Assembly (NCBI GenBank): GCA_027345565.1
Contig: DAHWIF010000005.1
Coordinates: 13,700-77,699, forward strand
Length of the DNA stretch: 64,000 nucleotides
Reading direction: 5' to 3'
DNA from: Candidatus Micrarchaeota archaeon
GTDB lineage: Archaea; Micrarchaeota; Micrarchaeia; Micrarchaeales; Micrarchaeaceae
Shown: positions 28,239 to 38,335 of the stretch, one piece after another
Position numbering within the stretch: position 1 is the stretch's first letter
Layout: the number at the start of each line of letters is the position of its first letter
Made by a program: the position numbers and the translations under genes
Notes under the pieces: model-generated
Told to the model about the DNA's origin: nothing
Database searches by the model: none
Seen by the model: the letters and a program-made list of their open reading frames with translations, nothing else

Positions 28239-29507
28239 ATGGCAGACAAACCACACATGAATTTGATCTTCATAGGGCACGTAGACCACGGAAAGTCAAC
28301 AACGGTCGGAAGGCTGCTCTATGCCACGGGCGTAATAACGGACAGGGACCTGGACAGGTACAAGGAAGCGACGGCGCAGTTTAACAGGCCTACGTTCGAG
28401 TTTGCGTTCGTGATGGACACGCTTAAGGAGGAGCGTGAGCGTGGGATTACGATTGACATACAGCACAGGGATTTCCAGACGTCGAAATACTACTTCACGA
28501 TAATAGACGCGCCAGGTCACCGCGACTTCGTCAAGAACATGATCACAGGCGCAAGCCAGGCCGACGCGGCTGTGCTGGTGGTGAGCGCGAAGGACGGCAT
28601 ACAGGCGCAGACAAGGGAGCACGCGCAGCTAATCTTCGTCCTAGGGGTCCAGCAGATAATAGTCGGCATAAACAAGATGGACGAGGTCGGATACGACCAG
28701 AAGAAGTATGAAGAGGTTAAGAAGCAGGTCGGGGACATGCTCAAAACCATGGGCTTCAAGACGGATCAGATACCGTTCATACCATACTCGGCGCAGATGG
28801 GCGACAACGTGAAGGACAAGTCTGACAAGACAGCGTGGTACAACGGCCCGACGCTGCTTGCGGCACTCGATGCGCTGAAGATGCCGGATAAGCCGGTAGA
28901 CAAGCCGCTCAGGCTGCCAATACAGGACGTTTTCAGCATCTCCGGTTTCGGCACAGTTCCTGTCGGCAGGGTCGAGAGCGGCGTGCTAAAGGCGGGAGAC
29001 CAAATAGTGATAATGCCTGGCGGGGCCAAGACGGAGGTCAAGAGCATAGAGATGCACCACCAGCAGCTCCAGAAGGCGGAGCCTGGCGACAACGTCGGCT
29101 TCAACGTCAAGGGACTGGAGAAGAAGGACATAAAGAGGGGCGACGTGGTCGGACCTGCCAGCAATCCGCCAACCGTAGCGGCTGAGTTCAAGGCGCAGGT
29201 CATAATACTGCACCACCAGAACGTCATAGCGAGGGGATACACTCCGGTCTTCCACATACACACCGCACAGGTGGCATGCACATTCGAGGACATACTGGAG
29301 AGGAAGGACCCGAAGACAGGCCAGACCGTGGAGCAGAACCCGCAGACGATAAAGACCGGAGATCTCGCCATAGTCAAGATAAAGCCGACGAAGCCGATAG
29401 CGTGCGAGAAGTTCAGCGATTTCAAGCCCCTAGGCAGGTTCGCGATACGCGACATGGGCGAGACAATAGGCGCAGGGGTAATAATGGAGATAACCCCGAG
29501 AAAGTGA
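28239..29507 (+). CDS. tuf: Translation elongation factor EF-1 alpha
   Basis: GHVDHGKS, ERERGITI, DAPGHRDF, NKMD, LGRFAIRDMG. Confidence 0.98.
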   Translation: MADKPHMNLIFIGHVDHGKSTTVGRLLYATGVITDRDLDRYKEATAQFNRPTFEFAFVMDTLKEERERGITIDIQHRDFQTSKYYFTIIDAPGHRDFVKNMITGASQADAAVLVVSAKDGIQAQTREHAQLIFVLGVQQIIVGINKMDEVGYDQKKYEEVKKQVGDMLKTMGFKTDQIPFIPYSAQMGDNVKDKSDKTAWYNGPTLLAALDALKMPDKPVDKPLRLPIQDVFSISGFGTVPVGRVESGVLKAGDQIVIMPGGAKTEVKSIEMHHQQLQKAEPGDNVGFNVKGLEKKDIKRGDVVGPASNPPTVAAEFKAQVIILHHQNVIARGYTPVFHIHTAQVACTFEDILERKDPKTGQTVEQNPQTIKTGDLAIVKIKPTKPIACEKFSDFKPLGRFAIRDMGETIGAGVIMEITPRK

Positions 29508-29511
29508 ATCG

Positions 29512-29817
29512 ATGCAGACAGCAACCATCAAGCTCGTAAGCACAAAGGCCAAGGATGCCGATTCGATAGCGAACCAGATAAAGGAGATAACCAAGTCAAT
29601 AAATATAAAATGCAAGGGCCCGATACCTCTTCCCACAAAGGTGGTATCGCAGACAACCAGGAAAGCGCCGTCGCACCAGGGGAGCCACACCTACGAAAGG
29701 TGGGAGATGCGCTTCCACAAGCGCCTAATTACCATAGAGAGCAGCGAGCAGGCGCTCAGGCAGATAATGAGGATAGTGGTGCCTGACACGGTGCAGATAG
29801 AGATGAGCCTGGGCTAA
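29512..29817 (+). CDS. rps10: 30S ribosomal protein S10 (uS10)
   Basis: KGPIPLPTK, TRKAP...YERWEMRFHKRLI; directly follows EF-1alpha. Confidence 0.96.
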   Translation: MQTATIKLVSTKAKDADSIANQIKEITKSINIKCKGPIPLPTKVVSQTTRKAPSHQGSHTYERWEMRFHKRLITIESSEQALRQIMRIVVPDTVQIEMSLG

Positions 29818-29837
29818 TCTGCTGATTCAAGAAAGCC

Positions 29838-29976
29838 AGTTGGTTATAATATTTTACAACTAAGTGGTATTCAACAATCATATCACTAAAGTTATAATAA
29901 AATATAACTTCGGTTATAAAATAGGAAGATTTATATATTTTTAGCTACTAAAGTTATAATAAAATATTACTTTGGT
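29838..29976. promoter_or_regulatory. Repeated palindromic operators upstream of AbiE pair 1
   Basis: AAGTTATA-ATAAAA-TATAACTT at 29889-29910, a near-identical 30-bp copy at 29947-29976 and a degenerate copy near 29841-29862. Confidence 0.7.
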
Positions 29977-29982
29977 AATTCT

Positions 29983-30648
29983 ATGAATATTCCGTTGAGG
30001 AACAGGCTGCAGAAGAGGGCACAGAGGGACGTCGCCCTGCTGGAGGATGTTCTTGTCAGGATACTCTACGAGGCAGACAGCACCGCCGAAATACACGGAG
30101 GCACAGCCATCTGGCGGTGCTACGGCGGAAGAAGGTTCTCCAAGGACATCGACATATACCTGGCGTCTCAGGAAAAGCTCCAGGAGCTCAAGGAGCGCAT
30201 AAGGGTCGTGGCGGACAGGTACAACGCAAAAGTTGAGAAGCTCAAGGACACCGGCCACCTCATCTACATCTCCTTCTTGTTGGACGACATCTACTCCGAA
30301 ATAGACATAAATTACAAGGCGTATTACAGAGAGCCAGTGGTGAGACAGTACGAGAACCTAGATGGCTCCTTTTATGATGTGCTGACGCTGCCGCCGGAGG
30401 CCCTGATAGACGAGAAGATAAATGCGTACGCAGACCGGGAATCCATAACGGATCTATATGACATAGGGATACTGCTGGATCATGCCGATGTTAAGGCCCT
30501 GAGACCCAAAATGAAGAAATTTGTTTCATCATTGAAAACGCCAGCTAGACTGAAAGAGGAGGAATCCAGGTTACAGGGTCTCATATACGAGGGGCCGATA
30601 CCGTCGTTCAGGACGCTTGTTGACCGCATAAAGGGTAAGATTTCATGA
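29983..30648 (+). CDS. AbiEii-family nucleotidyltransferase toxin (type IV TA)
   Basis: IHGGTAIWRCYGGRRFSKDIDI; EKINA...DLYD. Confidence 0.88.
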   Translation: MNIPLRNRLQKRAQRDVALLEDVLVRILYEADSTAEIHGGTAIWRCYGGRRFSKDIDIYLASQEKLQELKERIRVVADRYNAKVEKLKDTGHLIYISFLLDDIYSEIDINYKAYYREPVVRQYENLDGSFYDVLTLPPEALIDEKINAYADRESITDLYDIGILLDHADVKALRPKMKKFVSSLKTPARLKEEESRLQGLIYEGPIPSFRTLVDRIKGKIS

Positions 30649-31292
30649 CAAAATACATAGGGCTTTTGCGAGAAAGGTTCAACAATTATGACTACCCGGT
30701 CTTCACGCTGACCGATGCGAGGGTCCTGCTCGGCAGGAGCAAGATAAGCGAGGGCTACCTTAAGACGCTGATCAACCACCTGATGAAGAAAAACGAGATA
30801 AGGAGAATATCCAAGGGCGCATACACCTTCCATGATGACATCGCAGTTGTCGGCTTTGCATTCAGGCCGTTCTATTACGGATTGGAAGATGCGCTGTCCT
30901 ATAGGAATCTCTGGACGCAGGCCACAAACCCCATAATCATTACAGGAAATCCGGTGAGGGAAGGCGTGAGGAAATTCGGAAACGCGAATTACATAGTAAA
31001 AAGGATTAAAACAGGCCTCTTCTTCGGGTTCGATTTCATTAAGCACTACGACATGTGGCTGCCAGTGTCAGATGCGGAAAAAACACTGATCGACCTAGTC
31101 TACTACAAGCACGGCGTAAGGGACGATGCAATGGGGCCTTTGCTAGAGTCTATAGACAAAGAGAAGCTTGATGGCTATCTAGAACATTACAGCCAAGGCT
31201 TCAGGAAAAGACTGCATTCTTATATTGGTAAATCCAGATCGGCGCCGGGGAAGGGCTGGTATGGGATGAATGTGCAGGGCGCTCGCGTGTGA
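30645..31292 (+). CDS. AbiEi-family antitoxin/transcriptional regulator
   Basis: N-terminal wHTH (IRRISKGAY), PFYYGLEDALSY, VSDAEKTLID. Confidence 0.85.
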   Translation: MTKYIGLLRERFNNYDYPVFTLTDARVLLGRSKISEGYLKTLINHLMKKNEIRRISKGAYTFHDDIAVVGFAFRPFYYGLEDALSYRNLWTQATNPIIITGNPVREGVRKFGNANYIVKRIKTGLFFGFDFIKHYDMWLPVSDAEKTLIDLVYYKHGVRDDAMGPLLESIDKEKLDGYLEHYSQGFRKRLHSYIGKSRSAPGKGWYGMNVQGARV

Positions 31293-31296
31293 TGTC

Positions 31297-33048
31297 TCAT
31301 CTCGCATTCTTCTTTATCTCCGATATCCGCTTTAGCAGGTCTGCCTCCTCAATGCTGATGAGGTTCGCGAACTCCCCCTTCAGCAGCCGCTCGTCCTCAT
31401 CTGTCACCCTTGTGTAAAGCACGTGCCCCTCCCTCACCTGTCGGCCAAAGGTGGGCTCGTCCATCGATATCGCGACGCTGTCGCCCGCCCTTGCAGATTC
31501 GAGCGGAGCCCTCTCCGTCTGTATCCCCTTTATCTTCCCTACGACCTCGCCCGTGTCGCTCATAAGCAGCCAGCCGACCTTTATCCTTCCAGCTGTGATA
31601 TTCACGCCGAATATCGCCGGATGTGATACGCGGAAACAGCTGTTAGGCAGCACCTCAACCCTGCCTGGGAAAACTATCCTGCTCTCTGCTTTGCTAAGGC
31701 TGCTCCTTTGCATCTCATCTATGAGGAGCTTGTAGTCGTCTATTAGCTTGTATATTATATTGCTGCTTATCACCTTCACCCCGCTATCGAATGAGGCCGC
31801 CTGCGCCTCCTGGTCGATCGTCACGTTGAAGGAGAGCACCACCTCATATGCGGGATTCACGGATAGCTGTGAAAACGCGTCCACCACGTCCCTCCTGGTC
31901 ACGCTGCCCAGCCCCTTCTTGCTTATCCTGAAGCCCATGCCCTCCATGAGCTTTGATATCGCCTCGAGGCTGCCTATCGAATCGGCCTTTAGCACAACGC
32001 CGTTCTTGTCCGTCTGGAAGACGTCGCCGAGCTCCGCGCTTACCTCGCTCGCATAACCCTCATCTGAGACCTGTACGACCGGGGATCCGACCAAGGCCTC
32101 CTCGAGCCCGACCCCGCTTATCTTGATCCCCACGGCTGCTGATACTTCATCGACATAGTCGAACCTGCTCGCCCCTTCGTGTATCTCCTGCAGCGGCTTG
32201 GCCTTGAGCAGGGAGCGTATCTTTGCGGTTGCTATGCCGCCAGGGGTTGCGAACGCTATCGTGTCGTTGGCCCTCAGCGAGCCGTCGTAGAGTATCACAT
32301 CGATGGTTGTGCCAAGCCCCTTGACCTCCTTCTTCTCCAGTATGCTTCCCCTGCCAGGCCCCTTGACCTCTATGCTGAGCCTCATCTCGAGGTACTTCTG
32401 CGCCAGCCCGGTTGTGACCATGAGCAGCTCTGACACGCCCTCGCCTGTCTTCGCGCTCATCGGCACTATCGCGAGCTCTTTCTGGAAGTTCCTCACACGG
32501 TCGTAGCGCTCCGCGTTGAAGCCGAGCTCGCTGAGCTTCCCTATGACCTGGAAGATTCTCTGCTCCAGTGCATCCTGCACGTGCTGGTTCTGCCCCTTCA
32601 CGGCGTCAGCGAAGCTCTTCGACTTGCTGTCTATCCAACCGGTTATAAGGTCTATCTTGTTGGCTGCGACTATGAACGGGGTCTTGTACTCCTTGAGTAT
32701 CTCTATAGCCTCGATCGTCTGCGGCTGGAAGCCCTGCGCTATGTCGATGACGAGTATGGCGAGGTCGGCGACGCTGCCGCCCCTCCTCCTAAGGTTCGTG
32801 AAAGCCTCATGGCCGGGCGTGTCTATGAAAAGAAGCCCTGGTATGGTTATATCGCCCATGCCCTTGAGCATAGGCCCGCATATCTTTTCTATTACGCTTA
32901 TCGGGACCTCGCTCGCGCCTATGTGCTGGGTTATGCCTCCGGCTTCCCTTGCGGCTACGGTCGAGCTCCTTATCCGGTCAAGAAGCGCGGTTTTGCCGTG
33001 GTCTACGTGGCCCATTACCACTATTATAGGCTGCCTTATCATCGCCAT
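31297..33048 (-). CDS. infB: Translation initiation factor IF-2 (aIF5B)
   Basis: RQPIIVVMGHVDHGKT, EAGGITQHIGA, DTPGHEAF, NKID. Confidence 0.97.
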   Translation of the reverse strand: MAMIRQPIIVVMGHVDHGKTALLDRIRSSTVAAREAGGITQHIGASEVPISVIEKICGPMLKGMGDITIPGLLFIDTPGHEAFTNLRRRGGSVADLAILVIDIAQGFQPQTIEAIEILKEYKTPFIVAANKIDLITGWIDSKSKSFADAVKGQNQHVQDALEQRIFQVIGKLSELGFNAERYDRVRNFQKELAIVPMSAKTGEGVSELLMVTTGLAQKYLEMRLSIEVKGPGRGSILEKKEVKGLGTTIDVILYDGSLRANDTIAFATPGGIATAKIRSLLKAKPLQEIHEGASRFDYVDEVSAAVGIKISGVGLEEALVGSPVVQVSDEGYASEVSAELGDVFQTDKNGVVLKADSIGSLEAISKLMEGMGFRISKKGLGSVTRRDVVDAFSQLSVNPAYEVVLSFNVTIDQEAQAASFDSGVKVISSNIIYKLIDDYKLLIDEMQRSSLSKAESRIVFPGRVEVLPNSCFRVSHPAIFGVNITAGRIKVGWLLMSDTGEVVGKIKGIQTERAPLESARAGDSVAISMDEPTFGRQVREGHVLYTRVTDEDERLLKGEFANLISIEEADLLKRISEIKKNAR

Positions 33049-33137
33049 CACAAAAAGAGTACAGTATTCTCTCTAGTCTAACATATAAAAAGTTAGCCCC
33101 ATTTAAATATACCGAAGAATGGCCATGCAGAAACGTC

Positions 33138-33782
33138 TTAGCCTGGGGTTATAATGTCAGCGCTCCTCCACAGGTACAACGAGGCTATCGTGCCGTACGG
33201 TTTCCATCTCTCTGCAAGCTCGGAGAACTTGCTCCCTGTGGGGTAATCCTTAAGCCCGTATGCGCGCTTTATCGCTTTCTTTATCCCGAGGTCGTCGCGC
33301 GGCACGATGTCCGTCCTGCCCAGGCTGAAGATCAGGAACATCTCTGCCGTCCATCTTCCTATACCTCGTACCTCGTCCAGCTCCTCTATTATGTCCTCAT
33401 CATCCATAATGTCGAACTTGTTGAGTTCGATCCTGCCATCTTTTATCCTTGTGCACAGGTCAACGAGGTATGAGTACTTCTGGGGCGATATCCCGGCTTC
33501 TCTCACCTTCTTCTCAGGCGTCGTAAGGAACCTGTTAGGGGAGGGCAACCTGTTATTATACAGCGCCTTGAAGCGTCTTTCTATTGATTCACCAGCAGCT
33601 CCTGATATCTGTTGGTATATTATTGCACTCATCAGCGACTCGTATGAGTCGCCGCCCCAGTTCACCCTTATGCGTCCGATCCTCTTTATGAGCTTTGCTA
33701 GCACCTTGTCGCGCTTCGAGAGGTGCTTTATCGCTGTGCTCCGGGCACCCTTGTCGTATATGGTTGGAATCTTTCCTTTCAT
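33138..33782 (-). CDS. DNA-3-methyladenine glycosylase II (AlkA-like, HhH-GPD)
   Basis: AIIYQQIS, VRGIGRWTAEMFLIF, DDLGI, WKPY...ASLYLW. Confidence 0.92.
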   Translation of the reverse strand: MKGKIPTIYDKGARSTAIKHLSKRDKVLAKLIKRIGRIRVNWGGDSYESLMSAIIYQQISGAAGESIERRFKALYNNRLPSPNRFLTTPEKKVREAGISPQKYSYLVDLCTRIKDGRIELNKFDIMDDEDIIEELDEVRGIGRWTAEMFLIFSLGRTDIVPRDDLGIKKAIKRAYGLKDYPTGSKFSELAERWKPYGTIASLYLWRSADIITPG

Positions 33783-33868
33783 GTATGCAAGTTTTCCGAA
33801 GGTTTATAAAAATTGTATGGTCAATGCCGTTATCCGTGTGAAGGAAGTTCTTGCAAAGCTATTTATTT

Positions 33869-34462
33869 ATGGGCATGCAAATCCAAGATGATAACGTGTC
33901 AGCCAGGTTTTTCATAATAGCGATTGCTGCTGCGCTGATTGTGGCCCTGCCTGTCTCTTATGCAGCATTGCCTCAGTTTCCAATTACCCCGTACAGCAAC
34001 GTCACCCAGGTCGGCTACCATGTGTTGAATATATCGACATATGGTTACTTCACCGCTGTAATAGGCCAGCGGAGCTTCAACACGACCCAGAACTTCATAT
34101 CGCCGAACGAGTCTGGTGTGACGATAAACAATGTCTCGTATGACCTTTATCCAGGGAAACCGGTGTTAATATCCGGCACCAATGATAGCTACGTAATGCT
34201 TGTGCGAGTCAACTATATACCCAGGCAACATACCGTCAACGTCAATATATACAGCTTGCAACCCACTATCACAACCACCAGCTCTACAACATCCAGCACG
34301 AGCACTACCGCGCCAGCTATTTTGACTACGGTCCCCATCATTGCGCATACGACCTCCATAAACCAAACGACCACCATAGCGGCGCAGCAGTCCGGAAGCC
34401 AGCTCGGAAACTTCATAGCGCGGCTAATCGCAGCCCTAAAGAGCCTCTTCTCCAAGCTTTAG
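33869..34462 (+). CDS. Secreted Thr-rich surface protein
   Basis: Signal peptide, N-x-S/T sequons, Thr-rich linker, amphipathic C-terminus. Confidence 0.7.
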   Translation: MGMQIQDDNVSARFFIIAIAAALIVALPVSYAALPQFPITPYSNVTQVGYHVLNISTYGYFTAVIGQRSFNTTQNFISPNESGVTINNVSYDLYPGKPVLISGTNDSYVMLVRVNYIPRQHTVNVNIYSLQPTITTTSSTTSSTSTTAPAILTTVPIIAHTTSINQTTTIAAQQSGSQLGNFIARLIAALKSLFSKL

Positions 34463-35347
34463 CCACTTCACTGTGCCGCACGCAAATATCCTCGGGGATT
34501 CCTTCCTCACCAAAAGGAACTTCTCGCCAGGCCGCATGGCGAGTTGCGCCGCCATGCTTATCTCGAAGTAGTCACCCTCCTTTGACATCTTGCATGCGCT
34601 TGACCTGAAGCCGCATACGAGCCAGAGCTCGCTGTAGCTAAGGTCCTTGTCCTTCACCAGTCCACTTATCGATATGTTGGCTTTGATCCGCTGCGTTCTC
34701 CTGATCTCCGCTCTGGATAGCAGATCTCCCTTGCTTATCTCGTCAGATTCGGCGCCCTTTATGGCTATGCCGACCCGAGTATTGGTTCCTGCTTCATTTA
34801 TGTCCTGGTCCTGGCTCTGCAACGACCTGATCGTCACTCTCTTGCCGGAGCTGCAGAAAAGCTCATCATGTACCTTTACTACGCCACTCCTGACTACGCC
34901 AAGGAGCACGACGCCCACTCCTTTTACATCAAAGGAATGGTCCACCTCGACAATCGGGTCACCGGAGCTGTCAGCCTGCTGCGCGCCCAGATAGGAGAGC
35001 AACCGATCCTCTTCCACAACGGTGCTATGCAGCCCAGATTTCTGCATTATTGATGAAGCATCCTGGTCCGCAGTCAGTATCGCCTGTTTGCCGAGCAGCC
35101 CGCACCCGATAATGGATTCGCCGAAAAGCCTGTCTATGCTCTTGGTGCTGACTACGATATTGTCTGATATGGTCAGCACCTCGGCTACGGAGTTGAACTT
35201 CTTCTCCGCGTCGGTCGGGGTGAGTATCGCGAAAACGGATTCACCATCCTTCCTGTTGTAGAATGTTATGCCGTTTGACGAGCCTTTCTTGCCCAACCTG
35301 GCTGCGAGCTCCTGATCGTTCGGCACAGCCACAAGCACATGCTTCAT
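34436..35347 (-). CDS. SelB/EF-Tu-like protein with degenerate G domain
   Basis: LGKKGSSNGITFYN; domain II VDHSFDVKGVGVVLLGVV...IRSLQ...RVGIAIKG...ISKGD. Confidence 0.8.
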   Translation of the reverse strand: MKHVLVAVPNDQELAARLGKKGSSNGITFYNRKDGESVFAILTPTDAEKKFNSVAEVLTISDNIVVSTKSIDRLFGESIIGCGLLGKQAILTADQDASSIMQKSGLHSTVVEEDRLLSYLGAQQADSSGDPIVEVDHSFDVKGVGVVLLGVVRSGVVKVHDELFCSSGKRVTIRSLQSQDQDINEAGTNTRVGIAIKGAESDEISKGDLLSRAEIRRTQRIKANISISGLVKDKDLSYSELWLVCGFRSSACKMSKEGDYFEISMAAQLAMRPGEKFLLVRKESPRIFACGTVKWLKLGEEAL

Positions 35348-35351
35348 GCTC

Positions 35352-35726
35352 TCACATTTCTACCTCAAAAAAGTTAAGCTTGCCCTTTGCGGGTATCGGC
35401 CTATCGAACCTTATAGGGTCTTTAATCATGAATCCGTATTTGGGATTGGCGTAATCGATCGCAAGATGAAGCTCCCGGTCTTTCAGGAACGCCTCCCTGT
35501 CGTTGTATTTCTTGACGTCATATAGGAAAGCCCTGCCGATTATCGCGCCCCTCGCAAGCTTGTAAGGGTCCACGCCTGCTGCAATGCATGCTGCGATGTC
35601 GGGTTTCAGGCTTGCGTGCACAAGAAATTTCCCCCTGAACCTGGTGTTCCAGCTCCTCAGCTCTATCGTTTTCCTGCCTGAAATCAACAGGTCCGCGAAC
35701 GGCTGCTTCATCGATAGGCACTTCAT
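35352..35726 (-). CDS. ASCH domain protein
   Basis: LSMKQPFADLLISGRKTIELRSW; PIPAKGKL. Confidence 0.9.
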   Translation of the reverse strand: MKCLSMKQPFADLLISGRKTIELRSWNTRFRGKFLVHASLKPDIAACIAAGVDPYKLARGAIIGRAFLYDVKKYNDREAFLKDRELHLAIDYANPKYGFMIKDPIRFDRPIPAKGKLNFFEVEM

Positions 35727-35734
35727 AGAAACAG

Positions 35735-36115
35735 TCAGCGCGATTTCATGCCGGGCAGCATCTCCATGCTCTGCTTTGCATCCAGCACCAGGGTTATACC
35801 CCTGTACTTCTTGACCATCTGGTTTATATGATCCTTGTAGAAGTGCATCGCATCCCTGTCGCCCTTCGCAGCCTCCCTCTTATACGTCTGGCAGAGGTCG
35901 CAGTTGTGCGCCCTCTTCTCCGAGCCGTCCCTCCTGTCGTATATCTTCAGTACCACCTTGTCAACACCATCCCTCACGCTAACACCTCCAGCAACAATAG
36001 AGTATAACGCAGTCAAGATATTTATGGGTTGCCCTTCATGCGTCTTTATAGGAAAAACCAAATATGACGGTTGTCCATAAGGGCGCCCTGATTTCCGCAT
36101 GCTCCCATGCCGCAA
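35735..36115 (-). CDS. Hypothetical protein
   Basis: 126-aa ORF co-oriented with its neighbours; HNCDLC motif. Confidence 0.55.
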   Translation of the reverse strand: MRHGSMRKSGRPYGQPSYLVFPIKTHEGQPINILTALYSIVAGGVSVRDGVDKVVLKIYDRRDGSEKRAHNCDLCQTYKREAAKGDRDAMHFYKDHINQMVKKYRGITLVLDAKQSMEMLPGMKSR

Positions 36116-36124
36116 CCGACGATC

Positions 36125-36685
36125 CTATCTGCCGCTTGGCTGTATCGCCCTGATGCCTGGTTGTACCCTCTCCAATGCCGCGCCTGGCATGTTGAAATGC
36201 TCCATGATTCTGCTCTTTACATCGCTATCCGATATGCCAAGCACCATCCCCTTGATAAGCACTGCTACGAAGGCTTCATCGCTCGGAAGCGCCCTCTCGC
36301 GCACACGCCGAATCAGGAGGCTATAGGCAGGTTCGAGGCTGAGCCTCGGCAGCATAGCGAACTCCCTCTCAACTATGCCTGAGAAGTAAGAGACCTGCCT
36401 GGCCGTGCTCTCATCCCTGAGCTTCGTCAGCTCCTTGCCGAGCGATTCGAGCGCCTCCCCATACGTATAAATCCCGTTCATTGACGGTTCGTCCATCGCG
36501 CGTCTCACCAGGGATTCCAGGCGCGCGCGGTCTACATCCATGTTAGCCATGGATTCCAGCGTCATGTCCACCAACCTGAGAAGGCGGTCCACCCTGTAGT
36601 CAACAAAATCCTCGCTCCCCCTTGGCGCCCCGTTCCTGGTGGACCACGTCCATAGCTTTGAGCTATGCATGAAATTACACCGCAA
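36125..36685 (-). CDS. Hypothetical protein
   Basis: 186-aa helical ORF; start uncertain. Confidence 0.55.
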   Translation of the reverse strand: MRCNFMHSSKLWTWSTRNGAPRGSEDFVDYRVDRLLRLVDMTLESMANMDVDRARLESLVRRAMDEPSMNGIYTYGEALESLGKELTKLRDESTARQVSYFSGIVEREFAMLPRLSLEPAYSLLIRRVRERALPSDEAFVAVLIKGMVLGISDSDVKSRIMEHFNMPGAALERVQPGIRAIQPSGR

Positions 36686-36726
36686 ATGTGATATTTATAA
36701 CCTTTCCAAGCTGCTTCTCATGGCAA

Positions 36727-37199
36727 TTAGCAGCATTCTGTGTATACGACATACATGGCGTTGCGTGTGTTTACAGCCATGACCAAATTGCGTGCTGTGG
36801 GGCTATGGGCTCTTGCGCGTTGTGCGATGCCTAGGAATGCATCGAGGAATACGCGGCCTTCCATCGTCACACTGCACGTGATCGGCCCGTGCTGCATTGC
36901 AACGGTCCTGAGCAGCTTCCCGTTCTCCGCTTCCTGCCATGCGTTTATGCCTCGCATGTCGTTGTCCACGCTGTCGACAGGTTGTACCTGTCCAGCCTGA
37001 GCATGCTCCTGTATTCGCTTGCGCTCGGTTGCATGAACATCAATCCGCTGGCGCGCTCGGTCGCCATGCGCAGCAGTTTTATGTCTTGCATGTCAAGGCT
37101 AAGAATTTTGACAGATTTGCTCTGCGCCCCTTCCGGCGCAACCTCCAGCATCATGCAGGTCATCAGTGCTTTGCGTCGCCCATCATCCGTCATAACCAA
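36727..37199 (-). pseudogene. Possible frameshifted hypothetical gene (two overlapping ORFs)
   Basis: ORFs 36945-37199 and 36727-36969 overlap in adjacent frames on the same strand. Confidence 0.35.
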
Positions 37200-37250
37200 G
37201 GCTTTTAAACCTATGCCGCACCTACGGTTCCTTTATAATCCAACGACGGC

Positions 37251-38327
37251 TCAGAATGGATTCCGCAGCCTGTACCTCGAGCCTCTCCACAATATTTCGC
37301 GCATTCTGGCGCCGACGACAAGATTAGTTATAAAGATGAAGTTGATGATGAGGCTTATCGGAAGTAGCGCCAGGTATGGGCGCTTTGCACGGCTGTACAT
37401 CTTGATGATGCCTATGGCAAACGGAAGAAGCAGTATCAGGTACCACAATGAGCGGAGCGAGAGGATTATCCCGGAGAGCAGCGTCAGCGCCTGCGCGAAG
37501 TAGAACAGAAGCCCATAGCGAAGTACCTTTCTGTTCCCGAGTATCGACAATGCGGTCTGCCTGTTGGACCACTCCCAGAACGCCTGAAAGTTGTCATCGG
37601 CATTCACGGTTATTGAATGGCTGTTGACATACGTGATCCCCAATCCCTTCTCCTTTGCGAAGTGTGCTACCGCAATATCATCAGACAGCGCTCTCTGGAA
37701 GAGCTTGAAGTCGCTGCTGTCGATAAGGCTTTTCCTGAATGCCATCGAGCCTCCCCAGACGAACCTCGTGACCGTGGATTCCATCATGCCGTTGCCAACG
37801 AAGCCCCATGCCATCTTGACCTTCGACCAGAAGCCCCTTACCGGGTTGAAGTACGGATAGGTGGTCGCGACGCCCACCTTCCTGTCCGACAGCGGCGCCA
37901 CAAGCCGCGACACGTGGTCTCTAGCGCATTGCACATCAGAATCTATCACCACATAGATGTCGAAGTCTCTGAACCTCCTCATTGCCGTTATAATCGCCGT
38001 TACCTTGCCGCTGCCGCCCTCGTGCCTCTTTGCAGCTACTATGCAGTTTATGCGTGCTCTCCTTATCGCTCCGATTGCCTGGTCATCAGCGCTGTCGACC
38101 ACAGCGATTATCTGCATATTTCTGTAGTTCTGCCTCTTGACCGAGAGCAGGTTCTGCTCTAAGGTCACATCGCGCCCTTTGCACGGGATTATGACAAGCA
38201 CTCTTCCTCTCGGGCCTTTCGTGTACCTCTCGCCGCTTCCGGCAAGAACCCCAATAAGGTTCAACAACATAAGCCCGAGCCATGCAAGCGAAATAAGAAT
38301 AATCAGGATTGAAAAGAGGAGACCCAT
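37251..38327 (-). CDS. Family 2 glycosyltransferase (ceramide glucosyltransferase-like)
   Basis: VIIPCKG, IDSD, WGGSMAF, SDD, WSNRQ motifs; terminal TM helices. Confidence 0.88.
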   Translation of the reverse strand: MGLLFSILIILISLAWLGLMLLNLIGVLAGSGERYTKGPRGRVLVIIPCKGRDVTLEQNLLSVKRQNYRNMQIIAVVDSADDQAIGAIRRARINCIVAAKRHEGGSGKVTAIITAMRRFRDFDIYVVIDSDVQCARDHVSRLVAPLSDRKVGVATTYPYFNPVRGFWSKVKMAWGFVGNGMMESTVTRFVWGGSMAFRKSLIDSSDFKLFQRALSDDIAVAHFAKEKGLGITYVNSHSITVNADDNFQAFWEWSNRQTALSILGNRKVLRYGLLFYFAQALTLLSGIILSLRSLWYLILLLPFAIGIIKMYSRAKRPYLALLPISLIINFIFITNLVVGARMREILWRGSRYRLRNPF

Positions 38328-38335
38328 CCGAGCAC

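Noticed and set aside
29838-29976. 30-bp repeats as a mini CRISPR array
   Set aside because: Only two good copies, AT-rich and palindromic, directly upstream of an AbiE operon, with no cas genes; operator sites explain them better.
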